Source: a virus. Taken from it: a DNA stretch of 64,000 nt. Shown piece after piece: positions 1 to 9,402 of this stretch. Under the pieces are notes generated by a model, which saw only the letters and a list, made by a program, of their open reading frames with translations, did no database searches and had not been told where the DNA came from. Position 1 is the stretch's first letter; the number at the start of each line of letters is the position of its first letter. The stretch is from IMG/VR virus record IMGVR_UViG_3300028131_000005, positions 1-64,000 of that record; one strand, written 5' to 3'. The position numbers and the translations under genes are program-made.

Positions 1-636
1 AATAAAGATGCAATTGCAAAAATGAAAAAAGATCAGGCTAAAAAAGACGGTGAAGCACAAAAAGAAGAGACTCCGAAAAAAGAGCCAGAAGTTGGAGATA
101 CAAAAGCTAAAAGTGCAGAAGATAAAGCTAAAAGTGCAAAAGATACTGACGATACTCCGAAGCCAGATCCTAAAAAGCAAAAAGCGGCAGCTGATAAAAT
201 CAACAAAGATAATGATAAAAAGATAAAAGCAGCAGGAGACGATCAGGAAAAATCAATCAAAGATACTGAGGACAAAATGAAAAAGCAGAATGACGACACG
301 ATGAAGAAGGCCCAGAAAGATATCGATAACATGAACAAGAATATTGATAAAATAAGGAAAAATTCTGCTAAAAAGAAAGAAGCTCCCAAGAAAGAAGAAC
401 CAGCACCGGAAGAAAGCGATAAAGAAAAGAATAAGAAAAAGCTAGCAAGTGCCAAAGAAGATTTTGAGAAAAAGGTAGCTGATAAAGAGAAAGAAGGTTG
501 GAAAAAAGGTGAAAAACCGGATAATGACCACGATCAAATAAATATTAAAGAACCCACTGGAATCGATGACAGTGATGGGGAATTATTCTACAGCAATCCT
601 GGGTTAGCAATGCACAAGAAAAAAGAAGTGGAGTAA
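1..636 (+). CDS. Lys/Asp/Glu-rich low-complexity protein, C-terminal part (frame is open to the window start)
   Basis: ORF 22..636; frame 1 has no stop from position 1; highly charged K/D/E composition. Confidence 0.6.
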   Translation, partial: NKDAIAKMKKDQAKKDGEAQKEETPKKEPEVGDTKAKSAEDKAKSAKDTDDTPKPDPKKQKAAADKINKDNDKKIKAAGDDQEKSIKDTEDKMKKQNDDTMKKAQKDIDNMNKNIDKIRKNSAKKKEAPKKEEPAPEESDKEKNKKKLASAKEDFEKKVADKEKEGWKKGEKPDNDHDQINIKEPTGIDDSDGELFYSNPGLAMHKKKEVE

Positions 637-639
637 AGA

Positions 640-1128
640 TTATTTCTTACCCTTTTTAACAATACGTATAAACTCTTGTTGGTCTTCCAGCAGGAGTTTT
701 TTACAATATTTCCGAAACTCAATACTACTCTTAAGAATACGACTATCTACCATACTTTGTTTCAGGATATCTGAATACTCTGGGTGAATAAAATTCTCAA
801 GCTGAAAGTTATTAAATTTAGCTTTAATGGGTTTACGGCTTATCGCGCAGAACCAATCTATGGTATCATAGGAGTCAATTAGCTCCTCCATCTTAACAGG
901 GGTTTGATTTGTCCAATCATAATAAAACTTATCTCTTAAAACAGTGTTTTTCAGTTTTAACTCTTTTTGCTTAATTCTAAGAATTTGCTCCATAAAAATC
1001 ATATCGTTTTTCCATCTATTCAAGTTACGATGTTCTATCATAAATTTACGAAGAGTTCTAGGAAGACCATCAAGTCTTACTCCGTGGCGATGTGCCTGTT
1101 TAGGATTGTTTGAGCGTTTTATTTGCAT
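640..1128 (-). CDS. hypothetical protein (162 aa)
   Basis: One of only two credible minus-strand ORFs; fills the gap; an AATATATAA motif lies just upstream on the minus strand (~1133-1141). Confidence 0.7.
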   Translation of the reverse strand: MQIKRSNNPKQAHRHGVRLDGLPRTLRKFMIEHRNLNRWKNDMIFMEQILRIKQKELKLKNTVLRDKFYYDWTNQTPVKMEELIDSYDTIDWFCAISRKPIKAKFNNFQLENFIHPEYSDILKQSMVDSRILKSSIEFRKYCKKLLLEDQQEFIRIVKKGKK

Positions 1129-1144
1129 TTATTTATATATTTGT

Positions 1145-1203
1145 TGAAAATAATTGCCACCAGATTTTTTTATGTCGTTTTTTATTCTTATATTTATACT
1201 ATA
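1145..1203 (+). promoter_or_regulatory. conserved ~55 bp early-promoter-like element, copy 1
   Basis: CAGATTTTTTTATGTCGTTT-TTTATTCTTATATT-TATACTATA; ATGTCG-N17-TATACT spacing; 9 copies in the window, all intergenic and just upstream of starts. Confidence 0.8.
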
Positions 1204-1223
1204 TTAATCAAAACAAATAAATT

Positions 1224-1784
1224 ATGGAAATTTTATACTACTTAGGAAAAGGATTAGGATGGTTATTAATGTATGGTGCTATAGCAGCGGCAATAATATC
1301 CGGAATACTACTAACATTCGCTTTAATAATATATTCTACTAGATATGTTATTTGGAAATTAATCTTAGGAAAAGAAACTTCAACCGAGTTTCTTAATAAA
1401 CTTGCTATAGAAAAAGGATATACGTCATATCAGGAGATGCGTGATATATGGGAGAATAAGTTTGGCTCGCATTTTGAGTGGTCTTACTACACAGGAACCG
1501 AAGAGAGCCTTGAACCCTATCTTGAAGAAGAAGAAAGATACGCAGATAAAGAATATGGCAAAATGTATGACAACCTGTATGATATTTATAGACAACACAA
1601 AGACACTTATAATAATCCATGGAAGAAAAGATGGTATATCTTAACCGATTACAAATTAACAGCTAATAAAGAATGGAAAGGCGAGGCTTTTATTGTTGCT
1701 GCAACTACGTTCATTATTTCAATGGCAGCATATATGATAGCAGCAATCACATATTATGCAGAACATGGACATAGCATGCATTAA
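1224..1784 (+). CDS. hypothetical membrane protein (N- and C-terminal TM segments)
   Basis: ORF track; hydrophobic stretches; follows promoter copy 1. Confidence 0.7.
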   Translation: MEILYYLGKGLGWLLMYGAIAAAIISGILLTFALIIYSTRYVIWKLILGKETSTEFLNKLAIEKGYTSYQEMRDIWENKFGSHFEWSYYTGTEESLEPYLEEEERYADKEYGKMYDNLYDIYRQHKDTYNNPWKKRWYILTDYKLTANKEWKGEAFIVAATTFIISMAAYMIAAITYYAEHGHSMH

Positions 1785-1806
1785 TTATTTAAAAAAAGTA
1801 AAAAAA

Positions 1807-1856
1807 GTCACACCAGATTTTTTTATGTCGTTTTTTATTCTTATATTTATACTATA
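1807..1856 (+). promoter_or_regulatory. early-promoter-like element, copy 2
   Basis: CACCAGATTTTTTTATGTCGTTTTTTATTCTTATATTTATACTATA, identical core to copy 1. Confidence 0.8.
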
Positions 1857-1876
1857 ACAAATTAATAATAACAACA

Positions 1877-2611
1877 ATGAATACAGAAAACTTAAATCAC
1901 ACAACACCAGAACAACACATTCCTGCTGTTACTATACCAGCAAAGACTTACATCTTTGCAGAAGAACTAGAAAAAGCAGTACTTGCGTACATGGAAGATC
2001 GATATCATTATCTTGCAGCAGGTCGTCATCCACTTGATGACTTAGGCAAAAGTTCGTATATTCAGAGAATTGCAAGAATTTTTACAAATGTAGATTATGA
2101 AGAAATCGAAAAGCACTTCAACAATCTTGGTGAAAAAATAACTGCAGCAAAAGAGAAAGAACAAAAAGAAAATTATTTTAAAGTTCACGGAATTGATGTC
2201 AAAATAGACCCTGAAATGTTACTTCAATCGTGTATTTTTTTAAGAGAACAGTTTCTTAAAAATAGACCAACGAAAGGATGGCACACAAAGAAAATGCATG
2301 AATGGATGCTACATCATCAAGAACTACTCTTTGAAGAACTAGGCTTAAAAACATATATTAAAGATGAAAAACACTATCTAGACCTTCCAGGATATGAAGA
2401 TATCGATATTTCAATTTACACTGAAGGAATATTCCCAAGAAATGAATGGAATAGTAAAGATCTCGGGTCTTTCTACATTAAAGCCCTTTTTCCTAACAAA
2501 TTTAGATGGGCAGAAGATAAGAAGCACGGATCTTCAGGTATACTTGAAATATACTATAACGAATATAAAAACACAATATCAAATAATACAAACACAATAA
2601 AAATTAAATAA
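1877..2611 (+). CDS. hypothetical protein
   Basis: 244 aa ORF after promoter copy 2. Confidence 0.7.
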   Translation: MNTENLNHTTPEQHIPAVTIPAKTYIFAEELEKAVLAYMEDRYHYLAAGRHPLDDLGKSSYIQRIARIFTNVDYEEIEKHFNNLGEKITAAKEKEQKENYFKVHGIDVKIDPEMLLQSCIFLREQFLKNRPTKGWHTKKMHEWMLHHQELLFEELGLKTYIKDEKHYLDLPGYEDIDISIYTEGIFPRNEWNSKDLGSFYIKALFPNKFRWAEDKKHGSSGILEIYYNEYKNTISNNTNTIKIK

Positions 2612-2612
2612 A

Positions 2613-2975
2613 ATGAGAAGAAGAAGAATAGATTGGTTTAGAGTAACAATGGTAGGAATCATCACATTGGTAGCAGCAATGATATTAACATTTGTAGGCT
2701 TAGAAATAGCATACTACCAAACGGCTGAAACTGTTACATTTACAGTAACGGATAAAGAAACAAAAGTAACATCAGATGGAGAAAACGTATCTTCGAAATA
2801 CATTGTTTTCACAGAAAACGAAACTTTTGAAAATACAGACCTTTTATTTGGAGGTAAATTTAACTCTTCAGATATCCAAGGAAAACTTAAAAGAGGAGAA
2901 ACATACACTGCAGAGGTTTATGGATGGAGAGTTCCTTTCTTCTCAATGTACAGAAATATAGTAATAATAAAATAA
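2613..2975 (+). CDS. membrane-anchored phage protein (OB-fold-like secreted protein family)
   Basis: N-terminal TM followed by VTDKE...KFNSSD...YGWRVPFFSMYRNI, a pattern common in phage proteins. Confidence 0.65.
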   Translation: MRRRRIDWFRVTMVGIITLVAAMILTFVGLEIAYYQTAETVTFTVTDKETKVTSDGENVSSKYIVFTENETFENTDLLFGGKFNSSDIQGKLKRGETYTAEVYGWRVPFFSMYRNIVIIK

Positions 2976-2985
2976 AACAACACAA

Positions 2986-3162
2986 ATGACTAGACAGGAC
3001 GTATTAAATGAAATAATGAAAACAACAGCAAAGGAAATCCACGGATTCGATAACGCAAAATTAATAGAGGCTATTTTAGAAGCTTTTGAAAATCATGTAA
3101 GAATAGATCAGATGAAAAAAGATCGTAAAATGACCATGGAAACTTTTAAAAATCTTAAATAA
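2986..3162 (+). CDS. small hypothetical protein (58 aa, not in ORF track)
   Basis: ATG 2986 to TAA; MTRQDVLNEIMKTTAKEIHG...; fills the gap with an A-rich leader. Confidence 0.5.
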   Translation: MTRQDVLNEIMKTTAKEIHGFDNAKLIEAILEAFENHVRIDQMKKDRKMTMETFKNLK

Positions 3163-3187
3163 ACAAATTAAAGTTTTTTTCTATAAA
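3161..3187 (+). promoter_or_regulatory. AAAC-N17-TATAA promoter-like motif (middle class), example upstream of the clamp loader
   Basis: AAAC 3161-3164, 17 nt, TATAAA 3182; same spacing at 14460, 20434, 29652, 35434, 35901, 36186 (GAAC), 40017, 49002, 61208. Confidence 0.6.
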
Positions 3188-3200
3188 TTAAAAATAAAAT

Positions 3201-4157
3201 ATGCAAGCAGTTCAACAACTTTTCACAGAAAAATATAGACCACAAAACCTAGAAGAACTTATTCTACCAGAAAGAGTTATGAATAAATTCAAAGATGGTT
3301 TAGTCCAAAACATGTTATTAGCAGGTAGTCCAGGTACTGGAAAAACATCAACTGCTAAGGCAATTGTTAAACAATTTAAGATGCCTTATCTTTATATAAA
3401 CGCATCGACAGATACTTCAGTAGATGTTATTAGAACAAGAATTACAGACTTTTGTTCTACTGTATCTATTATGGACGGTCCTAGTTCTATGAAAGTTGTA
3501 ATATTAGATGAGGTTGATGGTGTATCAGATCAATTCTTTAAAGCGCTTCGTGCTACAATGGAAACATTCGCATCGAACAGCAGATTTATTGCAACATGTA
3601 ATTATATTAATAAACTTCCAGATCCAATCCTATCTAGATTTGAAGTTATTAATTTTGACTTTGATAAAGAAGATGAAGCAGAACTGACTAAGAAATATAT
3701 TAGAAGAGTTTATGAAATATGTCAAAAAGAAGGTCTTCAAATTGAAAAGCCAGCTTTGTTAGAATTTGTAAGACGTAATTTTCCAGATCTAAGAGATACT
3801 CTCAATAAATTACAGGGCTTTAAATCTCAAGGAACTTTAGATATTAAAGTAGAAGATGTAAAAAGATTCAACTCAGTCTATAAAGATATATTTGAACTCA
3901 TATTTAATGAAACAAATCCAGTAGTTAATTATAAAACATTAGTAAGCAATTACTCAAATAGAGTTGAAGACGTATTACAAAGTCTAGGTGGTGACTTTAT
4001 TGATTATATAAATCAAGAAAAAAGTCAATATGTAAAGCATATTCCAGAAATAACAGTGGAAGTTGCACATCACCAAGCACAAAGACTTTCTGTAATAGAC
4101 CCAGTAATTACAATGCTTTCATTAGTATTTAAAATACAGACAATTATTAAAAAATAA
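3201..4157 (+). CDS. sliding-clamp loader AAA+ subunit (T4 gp44 / RFC small subunit-like)
   Basis: EKYRPQ N-terminal motif, Walker A GSPGTGKT, Walker B ILDEVD, SRF (SRC-like) motif. Confidence 0.93.
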   Translation: MQAVQQLFTEKYRPQNLEELILPERVMNKFKDGLVQNMLLAGSPGTGKTSTAKAIVKQFKMPYLYINASTDTSVDVIRTRITDFCSTVSIMDGPSSMKVVILDEVDGVSDQFFKALRATMETFASNSRFIATCNYINKLPDPILSRFEVINFDFDKEDEAELTKKYIRRVYEICQKEGLQIEKPALLEFVRRNFPDLRDTLNKLQGFKSQGTLDIKVEDVKRFNSVYKDIFELIFNETNPVVNYKTLVSNYSNRVEDVLQSLGGDFIDYINQEKSQYVKHIPEITVEVAHHQAQRLSVIDPVITMLSLVFKIQTIIKK

Positions 4158-4161
4158 AATT

Positions 4162-5391
4162 ATGATGAAGAAAGGCGGACATACACTTCTTATAGATGGC
4201 AACTATTTTCTACATAGTCGCCTCTTCGTCCTTCCAAGACCTTCGAATGGTAAGATGATGGAAGATGAAGAATCAAGAGCAAATCTTATGCGCAAATTGG
4301 CAATAGATTTAGCATCAGAAGTAAGAAAGATGAGAGACTTTATAGATAAAGTTGTAGTAACAGTAGACGCTAGAAGTTGGCGTAAAGACTTATTTCCACA
4401 AGCAGAATATAAAGGTACTAGAAAACAAGACTCTAAAATAGATTGGTCTGGTGTTTATGGTATCTATGAAGAATTCCAAGCTATTCTACAAAAGCATGGC
4501 GTAATTGTTCATAGAATCGATGGCGCAGAAGCAGACGATGTTCTTTTCGGCTGGTCTTCATACTTAAATACTAAAGGTAAAAACTGCATAATATGGACAG
4601 GCGACAGAGACCTTATTCAATTAGTAAACTATTCTATTCCAAATGATGCATACACTCTATGGTATTCAAGCGCTCACAAAAGCCTTTATGCCTTTGAATC
4701 ATTTGAAGAAGTTATTAATAAGAAAGAAGAAGTAAATAACGATGACATGTTATTCAACATGAGTTCTTATAAAGGTCTTTCACAAGAATCTAGACATGCT
4801 CTTAAAACATGGATGATTAATAATAAAGTAAAATTAACAGAAGTTAATTGCGATGAATTCTTATTCAAAAAGATATTAGTTGGTGATAGTGGCGATAATA
4901 TTCCATCTGTTATTACTTGGCAAAAGGCAATGAAGAATGGCAAATTAAGAACTTACTCTATTACAGATCGAATGGCAGATAAAATATTTGCACAGTTTAC
5001 AAAAGAAAACGATAGTTTTGTTGTAGATTCATTGTTTGTGAGAAGTGAATTAGAAAGAATGGCAGAAATTGTTTACCGCGTTGTAGGTAGAGAATCAGTG
5101 GACATTATAACAAACAAGATATTTAATAATATGTCTCTAATGATGCTTCACACCAGAATAATACCTGAACCTATTCAAAATGAAATATATAAAGCAGTCG
5201 AAAAAGAACTTACATTATTAGATAGAATGGACGTTTCTAAATTAACTAATAAAGATAAAATACTTGAAAATACAAAATGGTTAGATATTCAGAAATCTAA
5301 AAAAGCAGATATCTTTTCTAACTTAGATACTGGAGATAAACCAAAAAAATTAAAATTAATAGATAAGAATAACAACAACAAATTATTTTAA
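4162..5391 (+). CDS. 5'-3' exonuclease / RNase H (T4 rnh, FEN-like)
   Basis: LIDGN, WRK..FP..EYKGTR, EADD, TGDRDLIQL, GDSGDNIP motifs. Confidence 0.9.
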   Translation: MMKKGGHTLLIDGNYFLHSRLFVLPRPSNGKMMEDEESRANLMRKLAIDLASEVRKMRDFIDKVVVTVDARSWRKDLFPQAEYKGTRKQDSKIDWSGVYGIYEEFQAILQKHGVIVHRIDGAEADDVLFGWSSYLNTKGKNCIIWTGDRDLIQLVNYSIPNDAYTLWYSSAHKSLYAFESFEEVINKKEEVNNDDMLFNMSSYKGLSQESRHALKTWMINNKVKLTEVNCDEFLFKKILVGDSGDNIPSVITWQKAMKNGKLRTYSITDRMADKIFAQFTKENDSFVVDSLFVRSELERMAEIVYRVVGRESVDIITNKIFNNMSLMMLHTRIIPEPIQNEIYKAVEKELTLLDRMDVSKLTNKDKILENTKWLDIQKSKKADIFSNLDTGDKPKKLKLIDKNNNNKLF

Positions 5392-5816
5392 TGCTAGACG
5401 ACACTAAACTTTTCGATTTTATTAAAATAATGTTCACGAAACCGGATCATTATAATAAATTAAAGAACTTTTCAAAGAAAAGACACCACTTTATGGTAAA
5501 TAGATTTATGGCCATTAACTTTCCTGTTAATGCACAATCATTTAACTTTAATGGAATCAATGGCGCTTCAGTGATAGACTGCTGGCATATGGTGACAAGC
5601 AGATTTAGTAGAGTACCGGGTTGGATATACACAAAAACAAAAAGTTCTAAAAAGAATATTAAAGACAAATATCAACCAAGCGAAACTGCTTTAAGAATTT
5701 ATATGGAGAAGAATGAAATAGGAAAAAGAGAAATTGAAGAATTGAAAACATTCTGCAAAGAAGAACTTTATAAAGATTTAAAAGCATTAGAAAATCAAAT
5801 AAAAGTATATGGCTAG
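5391..5816 (+). CDS. probable clamp loader small subunit (T4 gp62-like)
   Basis: LFDFI...FMVNRFMA pattern, size, and proximity to the gp44-like gene. Confidence 0.55.
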   Translation: MLDDTKLFDFIKIMFTKPDHYNKLKNFSKKRHHFMVNRFMAINFPVNAQSFNFNGINGASVIDCWHMVTSRFSRVPGWIYTKTKSSKKNIKDKYQPSETALRIYMEKNEIGKREIEELKTFCKEELYKDLKALENQIKVYG

Positions 5817-6465
5817 AGGTTATCATTTTCCAGAAATAGTTGCTATAACTTTGCAAAAATATAATTCTATAGACAATAAGATTTATACTTTAATAAAGAA
5901 TAGAGGTTGCTACACTCCTCATAATAATTCTATTTCTATTTTAGTAAAAAGCTCAGATCTTTATTCTATTGTTAAAGAAACCTATCCTTTAGAAATTGAA
6001 AAATTAGAAATGCTCCCTAATAAAAATCTTTACAAAGGAGCAACCACAATTTATTTTATAAATAAGTTTATGGGTGAAATGAAAAACCTTAGATGGTTTA
6101 AAATTACACTTTGTAAAAATTTATCGTATAGTAGAATAAGCAGTAATTTTCATGAAAACGAAGAAAAAACTTTAAATTTTGACTTTAAAGTAATACGGGG
6201 TAGTTTTAAAACTTTTGAATTCTTTGATGAAGCATCGATGCCACTTGTCAATGACATTCTAAAAAAAGTAGGCTGCATTACAGATAAACATTACAGCGTA
6301 GTCAAATTAAAAAGTTTAGAAGATAGAATCGCAAATTTAAGAGATGCTTCTGAAGGAATGACAGACGAGGAGAACAGAATATGCTCTACAATGATTCTTC
6401 ATTTTTCTGAATGGTCTGAAGATAACCCACAAGCACTTATAATCACGGATTTCTTAGATATATAG
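5809..6465 (+). CDS. hypothetical protein
   Basis: 218 aa ORF overlapping the upstream stop. Confidence 0.7.
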   Translation: MARGYHFPEIVAITLQKYNSIDNKIYTLIKNRGCYTPHNNSISILVKSSDLYSIVKETYPLEIEKLEMLPNKNLYKGATTIYFINKFMGEMKNLRWFKITLCKNLSYSRISSNFHENEEKTLNFDFKVIRGSFKTFEFFDEASMPLVNDILKKVGCITDKHYSVVKLKSLEDRIANLRDASEGMTDEENRICSTMILHFSEWSEDNPQALIITDFLDI

Positions 6466-6486
6466 TAGAAATAGTTCTATTATATT

Positions 6487-6741
6487 ATGAGTAAAAAGAA
6501 GACTTTTTTCGAGAAGGTACTATGTGATGTTGATGGCCAGCCATCTTCAAAAAGATTAGTAACACTTGTTGCATTCGTTTTAATTTCAGCTGCATTTATA
6601 ACAAACCTTATTATTGAAGTTCCACTACAGCGATATATGTTTGAAGGTATGCTTTGGCTGACAGGTGCCGGAATAGGTTCTGCTACTGTTGAAAAATTTA
6701 GTAGAAGAGGGTTTAAAGATAGCTCTGAAGACTCTGAATAA
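6487..6741 (+). CDS. small 2-TM membrane protein (holin-like)
   Basis: DGQPSSKRL followed by two hydrophobic helices and a charged tail; GATATATA motif upstream at 6457. Confidence 0.55.
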   Translation: MSKKKTFFEKVLCDVDGQPSSKRLVTLVAFVLISAAFITNLIIEVPLQRYMFEGMLWLTGAGIGSATVEKFSRRGFKDSSEDSE

Positions 6742-6758
6742 AACTAGATAAATAAAAC

Positions 6759-8720
6759 ATGGTTACAAGTTATACAGCTTCAGAAGTAGGCGATATTATT
6801 ATTGCTAAATTAGTAGACCCTTATAAAGGGGCAGAGCAGATTCTTGATTGGAATATTCAAGCAGGTTTTTCTAATGAATTTACGGTAGGTAAAATTACAT
6901 TCACACAAGGAAGTACTACAGTTACAGGAATTGGAACAAATTTAGACCTTAACGCAGGAGATATCGTTCTTGCTGCAGGATATGAGTTTGAAATTTCTTC
7001 AACTCCAGATGCTAATACAATAGAATTAGTAGCACCTTCACTATATGATTTAGAAAACGTAGAGTTCCATGTTAAAGAAAATGAATGGAATTATTTTAAG
7101 TATGATTTTAGATGGTCTCAAAATGATATAATTGAAAAAGGTGGAGAGCTTAGTGAATGGCATCCATTAAATAAAACAAACGTATTGGGCGATATATTTA
7201 CGCTAGACATAAATCCAGCTGAACCTTTTTGGGTTGAAATAAAAGCAACAGTACAGGATTTACAACCTCTTCATACAATTTCATTTTTAAAAGTAACTTA
7301 TACAATACAATATGAGGATGGAACAATAGAAGAATGTCCTCAAATATGTACAGAATGCGAACCTTATGATGTTATTGGCTGTGCAAACATTTTAGTAGAA
7401 TGTGATTCTGAAAATTTATATGACCCTTATGGTCTTACAAGACCTGTAAAGATATACAATAGTCTTTCTAATTTGGCAAATCAAGTTTATGGTCACCCTG
7501 TAACTTATTATAGAGTAGAACCTAACGTCAGAAGTAAAGATGTAATTTTAAAAGAATACTCTTTATATGATGTTATTGAAAAGGCAACTTTAAAAATAAT
7601 GGTTCCTGATAATGAATTTCCTACTGAAACGCCATCATTTGATATTTTTGGAATGGGCTTTGAAGATTTCGAAATACACTTATTAGGTTCTGAATTTAGA
7701 AAATATTTCGGAGAAGGAAAAAGTCCAGGAGCAAGAGACTATTTATTTATACCCTATAATAATAGAATGTATGAAGTAAGTTCTGTTTCTTTAGCAGATG
7801 AATTCAATAAAGAATTAACTTATTTTAGACTTCATTTGAAAAAATATGAAAATAGAACTTCTACAAATAAAGGAGAATTTGCTGAAGATTTAACAGATTT
7901 AGTAGCAGGAGTAGAAGACGTTTTTGGAGAAGAAATACAAGAAGAATTTACAAAAGTCACTAAACCTTTACAGTACCGTTCAACGCACCATGTATCTCAA
8001 GATGGAGTTAGAAAATATGTACATAAAGATTTAGAAATAAAAGATGTTGATTTAAAGAATAAATGGACGGTAGTTTCTAGAAATTATTATGACATGTCAA
8101 CTATTTTAGGAGATGAAACTCAAAGTCCAGGTGTTGTATATAATGAAATATCAAAAAATGGAGTCGGCGAAAATCTTTCACTACAGCACTGGTTTCAACC
8201 AACGCCTAGATTCGACTACAAAGAGGCAAAACAGTATCAAACAATTGATGGTACAGATATTGAAGGGAATGGCCTTGTAGTTCAAATATCATCAAAGGGT
8301 GTTATTGTTAAAATAAACAATCAAGATTATGTATTTAAACATAAACTTATTTTAGGAACTGACCATTGGTATTCAATTGTAGTTAATATGAGTAACACTT
8401 ATAATGAAATATCAGTTAGTATATTTAAACTAGATGGACAGAATAACTTTGTCAACCCAACAGGTCCTATGGAACTTGAAGAAATGTACTTTGGTAAATT
8501 AGACATGCTTTCAACTCAAGTATGGCAAACTGAAGTTAATTGGGCTTTAAGGGCAAGTGAACTAAATATTACTAATGTTAGAATATTTAAAAGAACTATC
8601 GAAGACGAGCAGAAAGTTGCAGTACTTCATCAATATGTTGTCAGAGATGCACAACACCTTTTACTTGCCGATAATGCAATTCCTTCTTTACAATTGCAGA
8701 CATATGGTCAGGCTCGATAA
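6759..8720 (+). CDS. neck/head-closure protein (T4 gp14-like core) with additional N- and C-terminal beta domains
   Basis: Central YGHPVTYYRV...FDIFG...P.ARDYLFIP...RMYEVSSV resembles gp14; located directly before the terminase genes. Confidence 0.65.
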   Translation: MVTSYTASEVGDIIIAKLVDPYKGAEQILDWNIQAGFSNEFTVGKITFTQGSTTVTGIGTNLDLNAGDIVLAAGYEFEISSTPDANTIELVAPSLYDLENVEFHVKENEWNYFKYDFRWSQNDIIEKGGELSEWHPLNKTNVLGDIFTLDINPAEPFWVEIKATVQDLQPLHTISFLKVTYTIQYEDGTIEECPQICTECEPYDVIGCANILVECDSENLYDPYGLTRPVKIYNSLSNLANQVYGHPVTYYRVEPNVRSKDVILKEYSLYDVIEKATLKIMVPDNEFPTETPSFDIFGMGFEDFEIHLLGSEFRKYFGEGKSPGARDYLFIPYNNRMYEVSSVSLADEFNKELTYFRLHLKKYENRTSTNKGEFAEDLTDLVAGVEDVFGEEIQEEFTKVTKPLQYRSTHHVSQDGVRKYVHKDLEIKDVDLKNKWTVVSRNYYDMSTILGDETQSPGVVYNEISKNGVGENLSLQHWFQPTPRFDYKEAKQYQTIDGTDIEGNGLVVQISSKGVIVKINNQDYVFKHKLILGTDHWYSIVVNMSNTYNEISVSIFKLDGQNNFVNPTGPMELEEMYFGKLDMLSTQVWQTEVNWALRASELNITNVRIFKRTIEDEQKVAVLHQYVVRDAQHLLLADNAIPSLQLQTYGQAR

Positions 8721-8724
8721 AAGG

Positions 8725-8733
8725 GATATATAA
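8725..8733 (+). promoter_or_regulatory. GATATATAA late-promoter-like motif (example)
   Basis: GATATATA recurs just upstream of starts at 6457, 8725, 11230, 13587, 15768, 30158, 32296, 35451, 37772, 40426, 41314, 49699, 51774, 55138; reminiscent of the T4 late promoter TATAAATA. Confidence 0.65.
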
Positions 8734-8748
8734 CTTAAATTAATAAGA

Positions 8749-9402
8749 ATGTCAGAAGATAAAAAGAAAACTATTTCAGAACAGGCTGAATTCATCAGAA
8801 AGGACTTAGAAGAACTTTTAGGACCAAATGAATCTATTGATGTAGAGCAAGATCCGGGAGATTTGCCAGTTCCAAAATTCCACAACTCAAAACCAGCTGT
8901 AAATTACGGAGAGATGAAAGGTCTTTCAGAAAAACAGGCTAAGAAGACAATTACAAGTTTAATGGAGTTTTATTTAGATTCAGAAATTATCGAAAGAGAC
9001 GAATATTTACAGGCTAAAAAGAAAATGGATGAGATGACAATGGGCTCTCTCGTTTATCAGTTAAAAGCAGGTGAAAGAGCACTTACTACATTATTGGAAA
9101 CTATTGAAGGAGGAGAACTTGCTCCTAGAATGTTTGAAGTACTTGCTACGTTACAAAAATCAATGCTTGATATAATTAAAAGTCAGACCATGTATTTGAT
9201 GGCTACTGAAGAAAGTGCAAAACGAATAGCTAGAGATATTGAACTCTATAAAAAGAGAGATAGAGATGGTGCTGTTCAAGATGGCGGAGGTTCTAATGAA
9301 AATGGAAATATTCAAAGAGGAACTAAAGATTTAATGAATCAAATACAGGCAGGTATTAATCAGGCAGATATAGAAGATATAAAACCAGAAGAAGATGAGT
9401 GA
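8749..9402 (+). CDS. terminase small subunit (T4 gp16-like)
   Basis: APRMFEVLATLQK resembles the gp16 PR.YEV motif; overlaps the start of the large terminase gene. Confidence 0.7.
   Translation: MSEDKKKTISEQAEFIRKDLEELLGPNESIDVEQDPGDLPVPKFHNSKPAVNYGEMKGLSEKQAKKTITSLMEFYLDSEIIERDEYLQAKKKMDEMTMGSLVYQLKAGERALTTLLETIEGGELAPRMFEVLATLQKSMLDIIKSQTMYLMATEESAKRIARDIELYKKRDRDGAVQDGGGSNENGNIQRGTKDLMNQIQAGINQADIEDIKPEEDE

Noticed and set aside
22-636. Lys-rich repeats as a functional repeat array
   Set aside because: Low-complexity coding sequence of a truncated gene; no discrete repeat unit that I can support.
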